This document shows, in pieces, positions 17,184-27,412 of a stretch of DNA of 40,354 nucleotides. Under the pieces are notes generated by a model. It worked only from the letters and a program-made list of their open reading frames with translations, did not search any database and was not told where the DNA came from. Position numbers and translations under genes: made by a program. This DNA is from Piscirickettsiaceae bacterium (lineage in GTDB: Bacteria > Pseudomonadota > Gammaproteobacteria > Thiomicrospirales > Thiomicrospiraceae): assembly GCA_027019045.1 (NCBI GenBank), contig JALUXI010000223.1:1-40354 (forward strand). Reading direction: 5' to 3'. Each line of letters opens with the position of its first letter. Position 1 is the first letter of the stretch.

Positions 17184-18506
17184 TTAATTTTTTCTCCGTT
17201 TGATGATTGCCTGTGCATCCAACTGCTTCAGGTAATCCAATTTCTGTTGAATTTTAATCTCCAACCCCCTAGGCACAGGCTGATAATAAGCTTGCGGCGG
17301 CATCTCCTCGGGGAAATAATCCTCACCCGCCGCATAAGCCTCAGGCTCATCATGGGCATAACGATAGCCTTCGCCATACCCTAAATCCGCCATCAACTCG
17401 GTCGGAGCATTCCGTAAATGCAAAGGCACCTCCATTGACCCACTCGCCTTTACATCCCGCATCGCCTGCTTAAATGCCATATAAACCGCATTAGATTTGG
17501 GGGCGACTGCCAAATAGACCACCGCTTGAGCCAAAGCCAACTCGCCTTCAGGCGAACCCAAACGATCATAAGCTTCTGCGGCGTTAACCGCTAATTGTAA
17601 GGCTTTCAGGTCAGCATTGCCAATGTCTTCACTGGCAATGCGAATCAATCGTCGAGCCAGATAACGAGGATCTACACCGCCCTCTAGCATCCGAGTCAAC
17701 CAATATAAAGCCGCATCAGGGTTAGAGCCTCGTACCGATTTATGCAGGGCAGAAATCTGATCATAAAACGCCTCTCCGCCCTTATCAAAACGACGCATAC
17801 CGCCTTGAATCACCTCTTTACAATACTCAGCTGTTAAACAGAGCTTGCCCTCTTCACAAGGTTCTGCAAAATCCGCCGCCTGCTCCAATAGGTTCAATAG
17901 TCGTCTAGCATCGCCATCTGATGCTTGAATCAGCATCGACTGCGCTTTGGGCTCCAAGTTGAGTTCAGCCTCCAAATCTGCTGAAAGTACCGCAATTCCT
18001 CTTTGTAAAACCGCCTGCAGCTCGTTCTCCTCCAAAGGTCGCAAAACATAGACCCTTGCCCGAGAGAGCAGTGCATTATTCAATTCAAAAGAGGGATTCT
18101 CCGTGGTTGCACCAATAAACACAAAGGTACCATCTTCCACAAAGGGTAAAAAAGCATCTTGCTGGGCTTTATTAAATCGATGCACCTCATCGACAAACAG
18201 CAAAGTGCCTTGTTGGAACTGCTCACGGTGCAGTTTGGCCTGCTCCACCGCTTCACGCACCTGCTTCACCCCATCCAGTACGGCGGACAAGCTGATAAAC
18301 TGCAAATCGGACTGCTTAGCAATCAATCGAGCTAAAGTCGTCTTCCCTGTGCCAGGCGGCCCCCAGAAAATCATGGAATGCAGTCTTCCCGACTCAAACA
18401 CCTTCGTTAAGGCTCGATTTTTGCCCAAAAGATGCCGCTGTCCGACAAATTCATCCAAGGACTGCGGACGCAAACGATCAGAAAGCGGTTGATAAGGTGT
18501 GTTCAC
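17184..18506 (-). CDS. rarA: replication-associated recombination protein A (AAA+ ATPase)
   Basis: 440 aa. Walker A GPPGTGKTT, Walker B LFVDEVHRFNK, and the MgsA C-terminal domain (HKSVRGSNPDAALYWLTRML). Conserved lolA-rarA-serS neighbourhood. Confidence 0.93.
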   Translation of the reverse strand: MNTPYQPLSDRLRPQSLDEFVGQRHLLGKNRALTKVFESGRLHSMIFWGPPGTGKTTLARLIAKQSDLQFISLSAVLDGVKQVREAVEQAKLHREQFQQGTLLFVDEVHRFNKAQQDAFLPFVEDGTFVFIGATTENPSFELNNALLSRARVYVLRPLEENELQAVLQRGIAVLSADLEAELNLEPKAQSMLIQASDGDARRLLNLLEQAADFAEPCEEGKLCLTAEYCKEVIQGGMRRFDKGGEAFYDQISALHKSVRGSNPDAALYWLTRMLEGGVDPRYLARRLIRIASEDIGNADLKALQLAVNAAEAYDRLGSPEGELALAQAVVYLAVAPKSNAVYMAFKQAMRDVKASGSMEVPLHLRNAPTELMADLGYGEGYRYAHDEPEAYAAGEDYFPEEMPPQAYYQPVPRGLEIKIQQKLDYLKQLDAQAIIKRRKN

Positions 18507-19138
18507 TGTACAGGCGTCCCCACCACATCCACGCCTGCTGGCGGTTCAAAGTGGAAATAACTATCGGTCAATAGATGGTTTTCTTGGATATGGTTGAAGT
18601 GGACTTTGGTCATATTGTCCGCACTTTGATACATCACCACATCTGTCATATGCCCATTTTTCAACCCCACATCCAAACTCTGGAAATAGGTCGGCGATTT
18701 GGGCGATAAATTAAACCATTCGACCCCATCCGCTTCTTTGCTGTAAATAATGTCAAACTTACTCGCAATCGGTTCATCGAAAAGTATCCAACCCAATGGA
18801 ATATCTCCTTTAATCTCCGTCACAGGTCGCACCGTCACTTGATCTAAATCCTCATCATAGACCCACAGATTTTGACCATCAATCACAATCGTTTGGGGCT
18901 CAGGCGAATCATAATGCCAATAGAGCTTACCAGGGCGTTTTAGGTCAAAATGCCCTTTCGCTTCATTAGTTGAAAAGGTCGATTCATCAGGTTGTAACTG
19001 AATAAAATCAGCTGAAAAAGTCTTTAGGTTATCCACATAATCCTGCAAAGGCTTCACCAATGCCGCTTGGCTTTGTGCATGAACCGTAAGGGAGAAAAAA
19101 CTAAAGAAACATAATAATAGAAAACGCATAAATATCAC
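18503..19138 (-). CDS. lolA: outer-membrane lipoprotein carrier LolA
   Basis: The ORF-track start is GTG 19138 (GTGA overlap with the ftsK stop). ATG 19129 gives the signal peptide [25 protein letters not shown]...[10 protein letters not shown]...[11 protein letters not shown] matches the LolA pattern. Confidence 0.85.
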   Translation of the reverse strand: MIFMRFLLLCFFSFFSLTVHAQSQAALVKPLQDYVDNLKTFSADFIQLQPDESTFSTNEAKGHFDLKRPGKLYWHYDSPEPQTIVIDGQNLWVYDEDLDQVTVRPVTEIKGDIPLGWILFDEPIASKFDIIYSKEADGVEWFNLSPKSPTYFQSLDVGLKNGHMTDVVMYQSADNMTKVHFNHIQENHLLTDSYFHFEPPAGVDVVGTPVQ

Positions 19139-21642
19139 TCAGAAGGAATTAAAATTTCTCGGTTACCGCCAGAACCTGGTTTGGAAATCAAGCCCGCAGA
19201 CTCCATCGCTTCAACAATGCGAGCAGCACGGTTATAACCAATCTTAAACTGTCGTTGAATCAAGGAGATGGAGACACGGCGTTTTTCTGCCACAAATGCC
19301 ACCGCTTCATCATAAATCGGATCCTGTTCTGCATCACCACCACCTGAAGCCTCTGACTCGTTCTCTGACCCCATTTTGGTAATAGTTTCCAAATATTGCG
19401 GCTCACCCTGCTGTTTCACAAAATCCACCACGCGATGCACCTCTTCATCCGAGACAAAAGCACCATGCACCCGCATGGGCGTACCTGTTCCTGGTGGCAT
19501 ATAGAGCATATCCCCCATCCCCAACAGTTGCTCAGCACCGCCTTGATCAAGAATGGTTCGAGAGTCGATTTTGGTATTCACCATAAAAGAGATACGGGTG
19601 GGGATATTCGCCTTAATCAATCCCGTAATCACATTCACCGAAGGGCGTTGCGTCGCTAAAATCAGGTGGATGCCCGCCGCTCGCGCTTTCTGGGCAATTC
19701 GAGCAATCAACTGCTCCACCTCTTTCCCCACCACCATAATCATATCGGCAAATTCATCCACGACCACCACAATAAAGGGAAGTGGGGTTAGGGTCGGTGG
19801 AGCTTCTGCCTGCTCCATCCCAAAGCTCGCCATCTGCTGATAGAGCGGATCGACAATCGGCTCACCCGCATCAATCGCCCCCTGCACCTTGGCATTAAAG
19901 CCCGCAATGTTTCGCACCCCCAGCTTGGCCATCAGTTGATAACGACGATCCATCTCAAAGACACACCAACGCAGGGCATTCGCCGCTTCACTCATATCAG
20001 TCACTACAGGGGTCAACAGATGGGGAATATCATCATAAACGGAGAGCTCCAGCATTTTGGGATCTACCATAATCAACCGCACCTCTTCTGGAGTGGCCTT
20101 ATACAGCAGACTCAAAATCATACTATTGACCCCAACCGACTTCCCAGCCCCCGTCGTCCCCGCCACCAACAGGTGCGGCATCTTAGCAATATCCGCCACC
20201 ACAGGCTTACCTGCAATGTCTTTTCCAAGTGCAACCGTCAGTTTACTGGGCGAATTTTGAAAAGCCTCAGAAGCCAAGATTTCTCGAAAACTCACCAACT
20301 CCCGTTCTTCATTGGGTATCTCAATACCAATCACCGCCTTGCCAGGAATAATATCCACCACTCGAACGGATTTAACAGAAAGAACCCGCGCCAAGTCCTT
20401 AGAAAGGTTGTTAATTTGACTGACTTTAACCCCGGGTGCTGGCAAAATTTCAAACCGTGTGACCACAGGGCCTGGTTGAACGGATTCGACTTTGACCGAA
20501 ATGCCAAACTCTTCCAGCTTCTGTTCAAGTAAAAAAGAAAGGTCTCTGAGCTGCTCTTCACTAAAGCCCTCTTCATAACTTGGCGGCTCATCTAAAAGAT
20601 CTAAAGAAGGGAGAATCCCTGTACTACTTAGCAAGCTACCCGAAATTTGAACTGACTCAGCAGTCTCTCTTGACCCTACTTTTAACGCAACTTCACTTTC
20701 AGCAACCTTCTCTTCCTGCTTCAATTTTTTATCTAAAGCCTGCTCTACTGGCTTTTTCTTCAATGTTGGAATTACTAGTTTTAGAGGATGTTTATGCATT
20801 TTTCTCTGTTTTTCTTCCACTTCTAGTTCAGATAGCTTTTTCTCTTCAGTTTGTTCAGACTGCTCTTCAACTTTTTGATGGATTTTTTGACGGATCTTTT
20901 GAAAACCTTTCATCAGATAAGGTTTAACTTTCAAATAAATCAATTCGGTTATTTCGCCCGTTCCCTCAAAAATCTTCAACCAAGATTGGTTTAGCATCAT
21001 ACTGATCGCCAATGCTAATACCACTAATAAAAGTAGCGTCGCTCCCAAAAGATCTAACCCTTTTACCGTCCCTTGACTTAACTCATATCCCAATACCCCA
21101 CCAGCAGAAAAAGGCATAGCAACACCCAAAACAGGTGGAATTAAAAACAGGGTCGCCAAAGCACTCCCTGCAATGACAAATAACACAGTACCTAATAAGC
21201 TAATGACAAAACGAGAATAATCTTTAGGTGCATCTGCTGCCATACCTTGATTACTTTTCAGTGCTACCCAAGAAGCGAGAACCAAACCAAATGGCAAAAG
21301 TAAAGCCATCACACCTAAAATATAAAACAAAGCAGATGAGAGCCACGCACCCGTTTTACCCCCATAATTATGAATATGCTGAACCACACGAGTACTATCG
21401 AACGCAGGATCTTGAGAATCATAACTAAAAAGAATAAGAAATAGAAAAACCGCCAACCCTAAACTGCCTAACAACAAAACATCCTTCACGACCCAATGCA
21501 CACCATTCAAACCGAAGTGCTGTTGAACAGGCACGGCAATCTTTTTAACGCCCTCTTCAGAAGCTTCTTCCTGTTTAGGCTGTTCTGATTTCTTTTGATT
21601 TGTCACTGAAGATTTAGGTTTTGGCTTTTTTATAGCTGTCAT
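19135..21642 (-). CDS. ftsK: DNA translocase FtsK
   Basis: N-terminal TM segments, a charged linker, the motor domain ([23 protein letters not shown]) and the gamma winged helix ([23 protein letters not shown]). The ORF track starts at TTG 21651; the first ATG is 21642. Confidence 0.93.
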   Translation of the reverse strand: MTAIKKPKPKSSVTNQKKSEQPKQEEASEEGVKKIAVPVQQHFGLNGVHWVVKDVLLLGSLGLAVFLFLILFSYDSQDPAFDSTRVVQHIHNYGGKTGAWLSSALFYILGVMALLLPFGLVLASWVALKSNQGMAADAPKDYSRFVISLLGTVLFVIAGSALATLFLIPPVLGVAMPFSAGGVLGYELSQGTVKGLDLLGATLLLLVVLALAISMMLNQSWLKIFEGTGEITELIYLKVKPYLMKGFQKIRQKIHQKVEEQSEQTEEKKLSELEVEEKQRKMHKHPLKLVIPTLKKKPVEQALDKKLKQEEKVAESEVALKVGSRETAESVQISGSLLSSTGILPSLDLLDEPPSYEEGFSEEQLRDLSFLLEQKLEEFGISVKVESVQPGPVVTRFEILPAPGVKVSQINNLSKDLARVLSVKSVRVVDIIPGKAVIGIEIPNEERELVSFREILASEAFQNSPSKLTVALGKDIAGKPVVADIAKMPHLLVAGTTGAGKSVGVNSMILSLLYKATPEEVRLIMVDPKMLELSVYDDIPHLLTPVVTDMSEAANALRWCVFEMDRRYQLMAKLGVRNIAGFNAKVQGAIDAGEPIVDPLYQQMASFGMEQAEAPPTLTPLPFIVVVVDEFADMIMVVGKEVEQLIARIAQKARAAGIHLILATQRPSVNVITGLIKANIPTRISFMVNTKIDSRTILDQGGAEQLLGMGDMLYMPPGTGTPMRVHGAFVSDEEVHRVVDFVKQQGEPQYLETITKMGSENESEASGGGDAEQDPIYDEAVAFVAEKRRVSISLIQRQFKIGYNRAARIVEAMESAGLISKPGSGGNREILIPSE

Positions 21643-21715
21643 AATAAACAAAGAGGCCCAAAATTATGCCCCACACAAGAGGCTAAAAAGTGCTAGAATT
21701 TTAACACATTCGTAA

Positions 21716-22681
<966 letters not shown>

Positions 22682-22700
22682 CCCACCTCCACTCTTAATA

Positions 22701-22731
22701 AAAGCCCAGTCACCCACTGGGCTTTCTTTTT
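22701..22731 (+). terminator. intrinsic terminator of trxB
   Basis: Stem AAAGCCCAGT (22701-22710), loop CACCC, stem ACTGGGCTTT (22716-22725), followed by CTTTTT. Confidence 0.7.
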
Positions 22732-22744
22732 AAAGGAATCCAAA

Positions 22745-23470
22745 ATGAGAAAAACACTGATTGCCCTAGTTATTTCAGGCTTGGCTTTCACAGCCAATGC
22801 AAGTGAAACAAAACTGGACACAGTTTTACAAAAAGCCAGCTATACTCTAGGCGCAGACCTAGCTAAAAATTTTAAAAACCAAGGCATTGACATTGACAAT
22901 GATGCTTTGATTGCTGGGTTTGAAGATGCCCTAAAAAACCGTCCGCTTAAGCTTTCACAACAAGAGATGAACAGCTCTATCGAAGCACTGAAAAAACAAA
23001 TCATGGCCAAAAAGATGGCAGAATTCAAAGCCAAAGCCGAAGCCAATCAAAAGAAAGGGGAAGCTTTCTTAGCCGAAAACAAGAAAAAGCCAGGCGTACA
23101 TACCACTGCCAGCGGTCTACAATATAAAGTGATCAAAGCAGGCAAAGGCCCCCACCCCACTGATGATAGCACTGTCATTGCTCACTATGAAGGGCGTTTA
23201 ATCGACGGCACTGTTTTCGACAGCTCCTACAAACGAGGCACCCCGCTCAAGTTTGAGCTCAACAATGTCATTCCAGGTTGGCAAGAAGCCATTAAATTGA
23301 TGCGTCCAGGTGCTGTGTGGGAAGTCTATATCCCAGCCAAACTTGCCTATGGTGAAAAAGGAGCTGGTAAAGTGATTGGACCCAATGAAACACTGATTTT
23401 CAAAGTTGAGCTAATCACTGTTGACAACCCAAAAGATAAATCAGACACACCCAAGTCAACCGAACAATAA
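22745..23470 (+). CDS. fkpA: periplasmic FKBP-type peptidyl-prolyl isomerase (FkpA/Mip-like)
   Basis: 241 aa. Signal peptide MRKTLIALVISGLAFTANA, an N-terminal Mip-type helical domain, and a C-terminal FKBP domain (GRLIDGTVFDSS...VIPGWQEA...LIFKVELI). Confidence 0.8.
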   Translation: MRKTLIALVISGLAFTANASETKLDTVLQKASYTLGADLAKNFKNQGIDIDNDALIAGFEDALKNRPLKLSQQEMNSSIEALKKQIMAKKMAEFKAKAEANQKKGEAFLAENKKKPGVHTTASGLQYKVIKAGKGPHPTDDSTVIAHYEGRLIDGTVFDSSYKRGTPLKFELNNVIPGWQEAIKLMRPGAVWEVYIPAKLAYGEKGAGKVIGPNETLIFKVELITVDNPKDKSDTPKSTEQ

Positions 23471-23500
23471 ACAGTAAAACAAACATTTACCCCCGTTTTT

Positions 23501-23540
23501 CCAAAATCCCCAGTCCCGGGACTGGGGATTTTGGCATTTT
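23501..23540 (+). terminator. intrinsic terminator of fkpA
   Basis: A perfect 34-bp palindrome CCAAAATCCCCAGTCCC/GGGACTGGGGATTTTGG (23501-23534), then CATTTTT. Confidence 0.8.
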
Positions 23541-23545
23541 TGGGC

Positions 23546-23575
23546 AAAAAAAAGCCCAACTGAAATCAGTTGGGC
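23546..23575 (-). terminator. intrinsic terminator for the 23892..24203 gene
   Basis: The minus strand reads GCCCAACTGATTTCAGTTGGGC followed by T8 (plus-strand A-run 23546-23553). Confidence 0.65.
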
Positions 23576-23728
23576 TTCCCATCAAACTAAACTGGAATAA
23601 CATAAGCTCTTCAAAAGGAGGTTGTTAAACTTCAAAAGCAAAACAACTTAGGAGTGATTATATATAAGAATTTAATAATATCAAAGTTTTTTTATATTAT
23701 CTTTCACTAAAGTCTTTTATCCTACCAT

Positions 23729-23887
23729 GAGAGCTTTGTATGAGTGGGACACGAAAGAAAAAAGAGATAAAATTTTTCGAATCTAGGCGAAAAGCTTGGC
23801 AATAGCCAGCTATTTCCAAGTTTTTCAACGAAGAGTCGGGGAATTTTAGCCTTTTTTATCCGTGTAGCCATTTCGTACAAAGCTCTC
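23729..23887. mobile_element. MITE family 2, copy B (159 bp whole-length foldback)
   Basis: Termini GAGAGCTTTGTATGAG... and ...TCGTACAAAGCTCTC. The left and right arms are imperfect complements along the whole length. Central hairpin CTTGGCAATAGCCAGCTATTTCCAAG. Confidence 0.8.
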
Positions 23888-23891
23888 ATAA

Positions 23892-24203
23892 TTAAAATCT
23901 CTCTAATATTACAACATCATACGCAGGTTCCTCGTATGGATGTACTACTTTCATCGCTTCCATTACCGCTTGAATCACTTCGGCAGCACAGACCATTTCC
24001 ACCCGGTACTCCTCTACTTTTTCCAGCTGCCCTTGCTCTCCTAAAAAGGATTGGCTACCCTGCATTGGCTCAAACTGCCCTTCGCCTTTTACTTGCCAGC
24101 TACATCGTTGATAATTGCCAATCCTGCCAGCCCCTGCCAGAAACATCGCCTCTTTAACCTCTTCTAAATGACTTTCAGGCACATAAAAACCGATTTTATA
24201 CAT
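23892..24203 (-). CDS. small Nif3/YqfO-insert-like (PII-fold) protein
   Basis: 103 aa. The pattern MYKIGFYVPESHLEEVKEAMFLAGAGRIGNY..CSWQ..G.GQF.P......F.G......VEE.R.E....HPYEEPAYDV matches the stand-alone ~100-aa Nif3-related proteins I recognise from memory. Confidence 0.5.
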   Translation of the reverse strand: MYKIGFYVPESHLEEVKEAMFLAGAGRIGNYQRCSWQVKGEGQFEPMQGSQSFLGEQGQLEKVEEYRVEMVCAAEVIQAVMEAMKVVHPYEEPAYDVVILERF

Positions 24204-24255
24204 TTCACTCTCCTTTCAAATCCTTTAAAATACCGCTCTCAACAAGGAGTTCACA

Positions 24256-24516
24256 ATGAGAAACCTTTTTATCGTTTTTATCGCCATTCTTACACTGGGG
24301 ATTACCTCAGCCGTCACGGGTATGGTCTATTTTGCCAATATTGCAGGCTTTATCTCCGCCGTTGGCTTTATGTACATCTACTTTAAAGACCGTCCTGAGG
24401 ATGAGACTGAAGTAGAAAAACTACGCCGCCGCAACTGGTACATCATCTTTTTTATTGGTATGGTTTTCGCGCTCACCTATGGTAGCATGTGGAATGATCA
24501 AATAAGAGGAATGTAA
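24256..24516 (+). CDS. small hypothetical membrane protein (3 predicted TM)
   Basis: 86 aa. AAGGAG SD 7 nt upstream of the ATG. Hydrophobic segments are separated by a charged DRPEDETEVEKLRRR loop. Its stop is 1 nt from the convergent thpR stop. Confidence 0.45.
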   Translation: MRNLFIVFIAILTLGITSAVTGMVYFANIAGFISAVGFMYIYFKDRPEDETEVEKLRRRNWYIIFFIGMVFALTYGSMWNDQIRGM

Positions 24517-24517
24517 A

Positions 24518-25111
24518 TCAGTAACTCTCAAGCGTTAAGCACTTTAAAGGCTGATAGCTCACACCCTCAGCCTGTTGTACACTCTCAAAAAGACAGAGTG
24601 ACTTCATATCAATAAATCGATGTTCACTATCAATATGCTCCACCAAATCCATCTGCCAATCCAGTGGAACACTTTGAATACTTTTAGAGAAGTGTCCTAA
24701 TGTGATGTGAGGGATAAAACGGTGGCTTGGTTTTTCAAATCCGAGTGTCTTTAAATGTGTCCAAACCTCATTCTGCAAATACTGCAATAACAGCGTACAA
24801 TCAAATTTCACCACCAAATGCCTGGGTTTCTTCACTGAAGGAAAAGGAACAATTTGCAGTGCTTCCGCCTCAAATGCGCTCATTCCTTCGTTAAACCATG
24901 CATCCATTGATGACTGCACCGCATCTATTTGGGCTTCTGAAACTTCTCCAAGAAAAAAGAGGGTTAAATGATAATTTTCCTCAGGCACCCAACGAACCTG
25001 TTCAATAACATCTACAGGCAACCGTGCTTTAACAAGTTCCGCCCACTTAGCCAACAAGGCTTTTTGATGAGCCTCAAAACTGACCGCAATAAAAGTATTA
25101 TTCACTCCCAT
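24518..25111 (-). CDS. thpR: RNA 2',3'-cyclic phosphodiesterase (2H phosphoesterase, LigT/ThpR)
   Basis: 197 aa with two HxT/S motifs, HLTLFFLG and HITLGHF. Confidence 0.8.
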   Translation of the reverse strand: MGVNNTFIAVSFEAHQKALLAKWAELVKARLPVDVIEQVRWVPEENYHLTLFFLGEVSEAQIDAVQSSMDAWFNEGMSAFEAEALQIVPFPSVKKPRHLVVKFDCTLLLQYLQNEVWTHLKTLGFEKPSHRFIPHITLGHFSKSIQSVPLDWQMDLVEHIDSEHRFIDMKSLCLFESVQQAEGVSYQPLKCLTLESY

Positions 25112-25115
25112 CTAA

Positions 25116-25598
25116 CTAACCCTCCGACTTTGAATAGGTAATCTCTAAAACTGCCCATTTTGCTTTTCCTGTCGGTGTTCTGACAACCACCTCATCCCCG
25201 ACCTCTTTTTGCAAACAAGCTCTCGCCATCGGTGCATCAATGGAAACATAGTCGTCTCGACCATAAATCTCATCAGGGCCGACAATGCGAAACTTCAAGG
25301 TCTCACCCTCATCATTTTCCAATTCCACCCAAGCCCCAAAATAGACTTTTCCCTCTTGTCGAGGGTGATAAGGCACGATTTTGACATCTGCCAACACCTT
25401 GCGTAAATAACGCACACGGCGGTCAATTTCTCTTAACCGCTTCTTATTAAAGACATAGTCTGCATTTTCTGAACGATCTCCCAAGCTGGCAGCCCAGCTC
25501 ACAATTTTGGTCACTTCAGGACGCTCTTTACGCCAAAGGTGATCCAACTCGGCCTTGAGTTGATCAAAACCTGCTTGAGTTATCAACTTAGTTTTCAT
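25116..25598 (-). CDS. greB: transcription elongation factor GreB
   Basis: 160 aa. Near-colinear with E. coli GreB ([43 protein letters not shown]). Confidence 0.88.
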   Translation of the reverse strand: MKTKLITQAGFDQLKAELDHLWRKERPEVTKIVSWAASLGDRSENADYVFNKKRLREIDRRVRYLRKVLADVKIVPYHPRQEGKVYFGAWVELENDEGETLKFRIVGPDEIYGRDDYVSIDAPMARACLQKEVGDEVVVRTPTGKAKWAVLEITYSKSEG

Positions 25599-26965
25599 GA
25601 CAGTTCAACAAATGTGTGTTTGGATTTTTTAGTTTCCACAGGCTCTGCCCACAAATCATATTCGTCTGCATCCGTAATCCGCACCTTCACAAACTCACCT
25701 GGTTCCAAGTGATAAGCATCGGGAATAAAGACCAAACCATCAATTTCAGGGGCATCCGCCATCGAACGTGCGACAGCCCCCTCATCATCCACTTCATCCA
25801 CCAACACCTGCATCACCTGCCCCACTTTTGCCTGCATTTTTTCTGCACTGATGCGTTGTTGGGTCAACATAAATCGCTCATAGCGTGCCTGCTTCACCTC
25901 ATCGGGCACCTGCTCTGCAATCTCATTGGCCGCCGCCCCTTCTACTGGCGAATATTGAAAACACCCCACTCGATCCAGCTTGGCTTCTTCCAAGAAATCC
26001 AACAAAGTTTGGAACTCCTCTTCCGTCTCTCCTGGGAAGCCGACAATAAAGGTTGAACGAATGGTCAAATTTGGCACCTGTTCTCGCCACTGCTGAATGC
26101 GTTCCAGTGTCTTTTCAACATTACCAGGGCGTTTCATTGCTCTTAACACCCTTGGATGTGCATGCTGCAAAGGCATATCTAGATAGGGCAAAATTTTGCC
26201 TTCTGCCATCAGCGGAATCACCTCTTCCACATTGGGATAGGGATACACATAATGCAACCGTACCCAAAACTCATCCACTCCGCCCAACTCACCTAAGGCT
26301 TCGGACAGCCCGACCATTGAAGTTTTTGTTGGACGACCGTCAGCAAATTCCGTGCGATATTTCACATCCACGCCATAAGCTGCCGTATCTTGAGACACCA
26401 CCAGCAGCTCCTTTACCCCTGCTTCTTTCAAACGCTTTGCCTCAGCCAATACATCGCTCACAGGGCGACTGACCAAATCGCCCCGCATGGACGGGATAAT
26501 GCAGAAAGTACAGCGGTGATTACAGCCTTCTGAAATCTTTAAGTAAGCATAATGTTTAGGGGTGAGTTTAATGCCTTGAGGTGGGACTAAATCGACAAAA
26601 GGATTATGTTCAGGAGGGGCAATTGCTTCATGCACGGCGGTCAAAACTTCTTCATAAGCGGCAGGCCCCGAGACCGCCATCACTTTGGGGTGCGCCTCGG
26701 TAATCACTTCCGATTTTGCCCCCAAACAACCAGTAACAATCACCTTGCCATTCTCTTCCAACGCCTCACCAATGGTATCCAAAGACTCCTGCACCGCTGA
26801 ATCAATAAACCCACAGGTATTCACAATCACCGTGTCTGCCTCTTCATAGGCATTGGTCAATTGATACCCTTCCGCTTTAAGCTGGGTTAAAATCCGTTCT
26901 GAATCCACAGTTGCTTTGGGGCAACCTAAACTGACAATCCCTACGGTTGGCTGTGCTTTAGACAC
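25595..26965 (-). CDS. rimO: ribosomal protein S12 methylthiotransferase
   Basis: 456 aa. GTG start with an AAGGAG SD. N-terminal [13 protein letters not shown] cluster, radical-SAM [11 protein letters not shown], and a TRAM domain at the C-terminus. Confidence 0.92.
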   Translation of the reverse strand: MSKAQPTVGIVSLGCPKATVDSERILTQLKAEGYQLTNAYEEADTVIVNTCGFIDSAVQESLDTIGEALEENGKVIVTGCLGAKSEVITEAHPKVMAVSGPAAYEEVLTAVHEAIAPPEHNPFVDLVPPQGIKLTPKHYAYLKISEGCNHRCTFCIIPSMRGDLVSRPVSDVLAEAKRLKEAGVKELLVVSQDTAAYGVDVKYRTEFADGRPTKTSMVGLSEALGELGGVDEFWVRLHYVYPYPNVEEVIPLMAEGKILPYLDMPLQHAHPRVLRAMKRPGNVEKTLERIQQWREQVPNLTIRSTFIVGFPGETEEEFQTLLDFLEEAKLDRVGCFQYSPVEGAAANEIAEQVPDEVKQARYERFMLTQQRISAEKMQAKVGQVMQVLVDEVDDEGAVARSMADAPEIDGLVFIPDAYHLEPGEFVKVRITDADEYDLWAEPVETKKSKHTFVELS

Positions 26966-27070
26966 TCTAACTCCTTAAATATCACCATAATCGAAAAGTA
27001 CATTTTATCAAGTTATGAGTGAGGAGGCAGAAATGATGCTCCCCAAACTCTCAGATAGAATTCAGGGAGT

Positions 27071-27107
27071 AAGAAAATAAGCATTCTATACTTTTGCTTT
27101 AGAACGC
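27071..27107 (-). terminator. probable intrinsic terminator of the czc operon
   Basis: The minus-strand stem GCGUUCUA / UAGAAUGC (27100-27107 / 27081-27088, one G-U pair) starts 2 nt after the stop and is followed by UUAUUUUCUU. Confidence 0.55.
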
Positions 27108-27109
27108 AT

Positions 27110-27412
27110 TTATTGACCCAAGTTGCCCCGCTGCAAAATGGGCAGCACTCGATAGGCAATGGTTAAAGAAGGAAGGTTTTTTTCTATTGTTTCCAATATA
27201 GGGGCAAGCTGTTCATCTTTCAGCTCAACCTCAAATTTAACTTTATGTTGAGCGCCTTTCACCTGCTCATTTGCTGAAAGCTGTTCATGTGGCTGACCGT
27301 AACCATCCGTATCTATCGCTGTAAAAAAGGGGAGGTTCTCCTGTGCCAATAAAAAGTCACTCAATAAATATGCTTGCTTTTCTGGCACAATCAGCTGAAG
27401 TAATTGACTCAT
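27110..27412 (-). CDS. DUF3240-like small PII-fold protein associated with heavy-metal RND pumps (tentative)
   Basis: 100 aa. ATGA overlap with the czcA stop. Its size, position after an HME-RND gene and FTAIDTDGYG motif recall DUF3240. Confidence 0.45.
   Translation of the reverse strand: MSQLLQLIVPEKQAYLLSDFLLAQENLPFFTAIDTDGYGQPHEQLSANEQVKGAQHKVKFEVELKDEQLAPILETIEKNLPSLTIAYRVLPILQRGNLGQ

Noticed and set aside
16803-17200. I looked for a fluoride riboswitch upstream of crcB.
   Set aside because: The crcB ATG (17183) directly abuts the rarA stop (17184), leaving no leader to hold a riboswitch. crcB appears to be simply co-transcribed with the operon.
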